Part shown: in pieces, positions 59,253-64,000 of the stretch | Layout: every line of letters begins with the position of its first letter | How positions within the stretch are numbered: the stretch's first letter is position 1 | Assembly: GCA_964402425.1 (NCBI GenBank) | Contig: CAYOCD010000005.1 | Span: 6,064-70,063, forward strand | Reading direction: 5' to 3' | From: an uncultured Gammaproteobacteria bacterium | Lineage (GTDB): Bacteria; Patescibacteriota; Patescibacteriia; UBA9934; GWF2-40-263 | DNA length: 64,000 nt | Position numbers and translations under genes: made by a program | The notes under the pieces: model-generated | The model's database searches: none | What the model was told of the DNA's origin: nothing | The model's input: only the letters and a program-made list of their open reading frames with translations

Positions 59253-59426
59253 ATGCGGAAGCATGAATTGTCGGAAGCGTTTTACCAGTTTGGAATCGGT
59301 GGTTGCCGTGCTCCGGAAGTCCCAAGTCCGTTTTCTTTGCCTTCGCGTGAAACCCTTTGGGATAAAACGCCGCACAAGAATCCGGTACGTAAGACCAAGG
59401 TGCCAGTCTATCCCTATGCCTACTGA
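59253..59426 (+). CDS. Possible small Pro-rich protein (57 aa)
   Basis: GGAGG SD before ATG, followed by a terminator-like hairpin; no family recognised. Confidence 0.35.
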   Translation: MRKHELSEAFYQFGIGGCRAPEVPSPFSLPSRETLWDKTPHKNPVRKTKVPVYPYAY

Positions 59427-59570
59427 GTGCATCCTCACGATTCTTTGAAAGAAGGGTCGTTTTTTATTGCATAATCGGTTGACAGCTCTGTGACTTGGCG
59501 AGGGGTGTGTGTTGTGTTATCCTCTGACCTTGTTCTTTTTATTGGAGGAATCTTGGAATCACATAAACAC

Positions 59571-60734
59571 ATGCTTCGCAATTTACGACTCCTTTTCTGG
59601 GGTCGTGCATTTTTGGAGACAAAAGCACTCGCAGCCATCATGATTTTGTTTTTTCAATCACGTGGCCTCAAAATGGATGAGATCTTTTATCTCACGATCG
59701 CTTGGTCTCTGACAGCACTCGTGTGTGAAGTGCCGAGTGGATATTTGGCAGATGTTATTGGACGCAAAAAAACTATCTTAATAGGCACAATTCTTTTTTT
59801 TGCGTCTCAAGTGCATCGTGTGTATGCAACAAGCTATTGGGAATTTGCATTTCAATTTGTGCTCATGTCCGCTGCGTTTTCTTTTTTCTCGGGCACAGAA
59901 GAAGCTTTGTTGTATGAGAGTCTAAAAGCGACCGGACGTGAAGATGAAATGCTTGCTCAAAACGGTCGTCTCAGTTCCGCGCGTCAAATCTTCAAAATGT
60001 TTACGCCGCTCATTGGATCAGTTATTGCGATTGATCTGACAGATGTGCAGTACAGCATTTTACTTTGGGTAGATGTTGTTACGGCTCTTGTTGCGTTTGG
60101 AATTTTCTTGTTCCTTGTTGAGCCCCCACATGTGAGACATGTTTTGGAAGAAGAAGTTGGAATTTTTGCTGAAAGCTTAAAAACCTTAAAAGCCAATCCA
60201 TGGATGATGCGTGTGAGTCTCAATAAGATTCTGGTATTTTCAGGGGCATTCTTTACCTGGCGTGTGTACCAGCCAATCTTATCGGAGCATGGCATCACAG
60301 CCATTTGGCTCGGTGTGTTTTACTTCCTTTCAAGTGCGTTTGGGTTTCTTGGAACATGGTTTTTAGGAGCGATCGAAAAACGGTTTGGTCTTGTGTTCTT
60401 CATGACGTGGACGATTATTATTTCGCTTGCCATGTACCTCATTGGGATTTTTACTTCGACTCCCATCCTCCTGTTCATTGCGTTTCTTGTCATTATCACC
60501 ATTTCGATTCTTCGCGAACCAGCGTTTTCTCATTTGGTGAATGGATACGTTCAATCAAAGAGTCGTGCCACCACACTTTCGAACCTTAATATGTTCAGAA
60601 GTGTTGTCGATATTCCTCTCATCTTTCTTGCCGCCATCATTTCGATGATGGATCTACGTTATCCGCTCGTATTTGGATTCGTTCTTTGTCTTGTTGCTCT
60701 CCTTGTGTTTCCGGTTCGGGAACAGAAAAACTAG
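59571..60734 (+). CDS. MFS transporter
   Basis: EVPSGYLADVIGRK motif A, SGTEEALLYESL, RATTLS. Confidence 0.9.
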   Translation: MLRNLRLLFWGRAFLETKALAAIMILFFQSRGLKMDEIFYLTIAWSLTALVCEVPSGYLADVIGRKKTILIGTILFFASQVHRVYATSYWEFAFQFVLMSAAFSFFSGTEEALLYESLKATGREDEMLAQNGRLSSARQIFKMFTPLIGSVIAIDLTDVQYSILLWVDVVTALVAFGIFLFLVEPPHVRHVLEEEVGIFAESLKTLKANPWMMRVSLNKILVFSGAFFTWRVYQPILSEHGITAIWLGVFYFLSSAFGFLGTWFLGAIEKRFGLVFFMTWTIIISLAMYLIGIFTSTPILLFIAFLVIITISILREPAFSHLVNGYVQSKSRATTLSNLNMFRSVVDIPLIFLAAIISMMDLRYPLVFGFVLCLVALLVFPVREQKN

Positions 60735-60862
60735 AATCAGCATCGTAATTCATTGCGATGTTTTTTTGTTTTAGTTTTTAAAAAATACAAGTGAACGGGC
60801 GTATTTGTATTTGAAGGTGGTATTGTGTTAGGATTTTGGTGTGTTCTTTGGAGGTGAGAGGA

Positions 60863-62062
60863 ATGGAATATCATCAAAAAATGCGTAGAAATCTTAGGTT
60901 GTTATTTTGGGGGCGCGCATTTTTAGAAACAAAAGCTCTTTTAGCAATCATTGTACTTTTTTACATTCACCGAGGTGTTTCACTTGAACAAGTGTTTTAT
61001 CTTAATATTGTTTGGTCTATTACATCATTGATAACGGAAATTCCTTCTGGGTATCTTGCAGATCGTCTCGGTTTGAAGCGTATGATGCTTCTTGGCTCTG
61101 TGCTTTTTTTTATCTCTGTTTTTGGTAGATATTTTGTCACAGGGTTTTGGGAATTCGTTTGGGTTTTTGTTGTTATGGCTAGTGCTTTTTCATGTTTTTC
61201 TGGAACAGAAGAAGCGTTGTTGTATGAATCTCTAAAAGAGAATGGACAACAGCAATACATGACAAAATTCAACGGCCGATTATTCTCGGCTCGCTCCTTA
61301 TTTCGAATTGCTGTTCCAACTATTGGTGCGTATATTGCGAAAGATTTGTTTGAGTGGCAGTTTTTGCTTGTGAATTCAATCGATGCAATAGCGGCCATTG
61401 TTGCATTTGCGATTTTTCTTTTTCTGACTGAACCATACTCTAAAAAGAGTGTTGCAAAAAGGGAAATTGGAATTTTCAAACAAAGCCTTGAAACAATAAA
61501 AGAACACCCTTGGATGTTGCGAGTTGTCCTTAATAAGTTTTTGGTTTTTTATGCACTGTTTTTCACAGCGCGTGTACACCAACCACTTTTTATTGAAAAT
61601 GGAATTTCTACGATTTGGATTGGCTGGTTCTTTCTTTTTGTAAGTTTTTTTTCCTATATAGGAACAAGGCATCTTGGCTTCCTTGTGGAAAAATTTGGAA
61701 GTCGCCGATTCTTGTTTTGGACAGCTGTTGCGATCATTGTGTTTCTCGTGATTAGTATCACATCAGCAACTCCCTGGATTGTCTTTGTTGGGCTGCTTCT
61801 TGTGGAAGTTTTTTCTACAATTCGTGATCCTGCCTTTTCAGATCTGATAAATCATTGTGTAGAATCAGGAAGTCGCGCGACTACTCTTTCAAACCTGAAT
61901 TTGATTAAGGGTTTGCTCGATATCCCCATTCTTCTTTTGGCAGGTTATGTTTCATCTATGGGCACTCATTACCCGCTTATGATCGGAATTTTGACGTGTC
62001 TTCTTGCTCTTGTCGTGTTTCCCATTAAAAAAACTGATGAGTCTTCATGCCACACAAAATGA
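60863..62062 (+). CDS. MFS transporter (tandem paralogue)
   Basis: Shares RNLRLLFWGRAFLETKAL, SGTEEALLYESLK and SRATTLSNLN with the preceding gene. Confidence 0.9.
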   Translation: MEYHQKMRRNLRLLFWGRAFLETKALLAIIVLFYIHRGVSLEQVFYLNIVWSITSLITEIPSGYLADRLGLKRMMLLGSVLFFISVFGRYFVTGFWEFVWVFVVMASAFSCFSGTEEALLYESLKENGQQQYMTKFNGRLFSARSLFRIAVPTIGAYIAKDLFEWQFLLVNSIDAIAAIVAFAIFLFLTEPYSKKSVAKREIGIFKQSLETIKEHPWMLRVVLNKFLVFYALFFTARVHQPLFIENGISTIWIGWFFLFVSFFSYIGTRHLGFLVEKFGSRRFLFWTAVAIIVFLVISITSATPWIVFVGLLLVEVFSTIRDPAFSDLINHCVESGSRATTLSNLNLIKGLLDIPILLLAGYVSSMGTHYPLMIGILTCLLALVVFPIKKTDESSCHTK

Positions 62063-62075
62063 TTGTGCGGTTTTT

Positions 62076-63029
62076 TTATTGAGTAATCTCTTTCGCAAGC
62101 TTTGCCGCTTGTTTTGATTTCGCAAAAAAGTATCCAACGATTACGAATGTGACGGCTGGTGAAAACCAGCTTGGGACATGAATACCGAAACTATCGACGA
62201 TCATGACTCCACCCAAGACAAGAATGGAATACATGGCTCCGTTTTTGAGGAAGATGTATTTTTTGATGCGATCAATGTTTCCGATGGTGAATTGTCTGAC
62301 CACAATCGCTCCGAGACCATTTCCGAGAAGAATAAGTGGAACGGAAAGGGTAAACGCAAACGCTCCAAGGACTCCGTCGATAGAGAACGTAGCATCAATC
62401 ACCTCAAGGAACATGATCTTTGAAAGATCAGACATGCCGGAAGATCCGTTTGTGCCACCCTTTCCAGACATGAGCATCTCTTCCGCTCTTTCCGCATTTT
62501 GTTTGAATCCGTGCGTGATGAAAAAAGCGGTTGAACCAATAACAGCACCGAATGCCATAATTGGATTGATCTTCATCATGTACCAAACTAAGACCGCAAG
62601 GAAAATAGAGACAACCGAGTAAAACCAGATGCCGTTTCTAAGGAAAAACTTTTCATGTGGAAGACCAAAGTGTTTATCTTCCAAAAAGAGCCAGTGGAAA
62701 AAGAGAAAAATCAGGAATGTTCCACCACCCGCAAGGAGGATAGGGGCAGATTTTTCTACCGCCTCAATGACATGCGGATCGCCACTAAATGTGGCAGTGA
62801 ACGCTTCAATGGGTCCGAGTCCTGGGGTGGCAAACCAAACAATAATCCAGGGAAGTAGTCCGCGAACCATGACGACCGCAAAGATGATTCCCCAGAACAA
62901 AAACCACTTTTTGGCTTTTTCGCTCATGGTGTGAAGAACTTCCGCATTAATGATGGCGTTATCTATTGATGAAATGGTCTCAAAGAGACAAAGACCCGCG
63001 ACGATGAGGATAATAGAAAAAAAATCCAT
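62076..63029 (-). CDS. DUF475 (TerC-like) integral membrane protein
   Basis: FETISSIDNAIINA, FLEVIDATFSIDGVLGAFA, LKNGAMYSI. Confidence 0.85.
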   Translation of the reverse strand: MDFFSIILIVAGLCLFETISSIDNAIINAEVLHTMSEKAKKWFLFWGIIFAVVMVRGLLPWIIVWFATPGLGPIEAFTATFSGDPHVIEAVEKSAPILLAGGGTFLIFLFFHWLFLEDKHFGLPHEKFFLRNGIWFYSVVSIFLAVLVWYMMKINPIMAFGAVIGSTAFFITHGFKQNAERAEEMLMSGKGGTNGSSGMSDLSKIMFLEVIDATFSIDGVLGAFAFTLSVPLILLGNGLGAIVVRQFTIGNIDRIKKYIFLKNGAMYSILVLGGVMIVDSFGIHVPSWFSPAVTFVIVGYFFAKSKQAAKLAKEITQ

Positions 63030-63137
63030 AAGGTATTTTGTGGTGGAATATTGCTATTTCTGTTTAGTGTGAATAGTTTAGCACAAAGCTGAATTTTAGT
63101 TCCGGTGATATACTGTTTTTGATTAATTATTCTCTCT

Positions 63138-64000
63138 ATGCAAGAAAAACCTTCTTTTGTTGAAATGTCACCCATTGCAGATAAAAAGCGTCTTCAGTCA
63201 GATCTTGATAAAGCACTTGTTCAGTATTCAGAGGTGCGTCGAAGCGAAGGTTCGAAACCTGCACAAGAAAAATTTCTGACCCTTTTTCGTCAGTTTGCAG
63301 AAACAGACGTTAGTTTTGGTGCTGGCTACTTAACAAAAACCACAAAAAAAGAATACGGATATAGATTTTTGGGAAACACAGAAGCAATCATGATTGGGAT
63401 CGTGGCTGAATTTGATCCGAATCAAGCTATGCAAATATTCCTTGCGGAATTTTGTACAAAAGAACAACAAATAAAATACCCATCACAATTACGTTCATCA
63501 TGGGCAGCCTCAATTATTACGCCTGAAAACGCTGAAGCGATTTTTACAAATCTTGAATCCCATACCCCAAATGCTGCGTTAGCAGAGATGTACACACATG
63601 AAGATTTTAAACGCATGTTAGTAGATAAAGCTATTCTTTCCGCAGCAGAACAAAAAAACGTGGATCGAGTTTTGGAATTAACACCAGATAATTCATATAA
63701 AACATATAACGACAACATTTCAAAGCTTATTTCTGAAACCATGCTTGAACGTTTGGGTAAAGAAGGACATGAAACAGATCCAAAAAAACAGGAACAGCTT
63801 GTTTTGAATGCGCTTACCGCGCGTGTGACACACATAAATTCGAAGGAGGATGTTTGTTTCGCATTAGATACAAAAATACAAGAAATTTTAGATGGAATGT
63901 CAGAGGAGGCTATTTGGAAAATGGCAGAAAAATCTAAAGATGCTCTTAAACATACCCTAGAAGAAGAAGTTCTCTTGCGTATTGCACAAAAAAATCCAGA
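63138..64000 (+). CDS. Hypothetical helical protein, truncated by the window edge
   Basis: Frame from ATG 63138 (MQEKPSFVEMSPIADKKRLQ...) appears open to the end; absent from the ORF track, consistent with lacking a stop in the window. Confidence 0.6.
   Translation, partial: MQEKPSFVEMSPIADKKRLQSDLDKALVQYSEVRRSEGSKPAQEKFLTLFRQFAETDVSFGAGYLTKTTKKEYGYRFLGNTEAIMIGIVAEFDPNQAMQIFLAEFCTKEQQIKYPSQLRSSWAASIITPENAEAIFTNLESHTPNAALAEMYTHEDFKRMLVDKAILSAAEQKNVDRVLELTPDNSYKTYNDNISKLISETMLERLGKEGHETDPKKQEQLVLNALTARVTHINSKEDVCFALDTKIQEILDGMSEEAIWKMAEKSKDALKHTLEEEVLLRIAQKNP

Noticed and set aside
1-64000. Alternative genetic code with UGA as Gly
   Set aside because: Conserved genes are full length under code 11, and polA, holA and lspA end at TGA.

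Overview
Chromosomal window from a reduced-genome bacterium, most likely Patescibacteria/CPR (Parcubacteria-like; inferred from gene content; standard code 11). It spans the replication origin (dnaN-oriC-dnaA / rpmH-rnpA-yidD). Core genes include iscS/iscU, a class A PBP, nfo, tig, hppA, comM, lspA, a dksA-like gene, pnp, rpsO, a Xer recombinase, polA, holA, rpsT and rmuC, plus four tRNAs (Cys, Arg-UCU, His, Arg-CCU). A decaying accessory patch at about 30.3-38.3 kb holds a trpS remnant, a truncated BtpA, a frameshifted MBL hydrolase and a coaE-coaD-HD operon. A five-gene cell-surface cluster lies at 46.6-59.1 kb. The most notable unexplained signals are: a stand-alone, highly structured ~360-nt non-coding transcription unit at 21.0-21.36 kb with its own promoter, operator-like palindrome and terminator; a duplicated ~52-nt leader in front of two orphan genes next to a TrmB regulator; long structured leaders on both AGR-decoding tRNA-Arg genes; and a WxL/csc-like surface system with a signal-peptide-bearing tail-fibre-like protein. 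All calls were made by eye from sequence and motifs; no searches were run.
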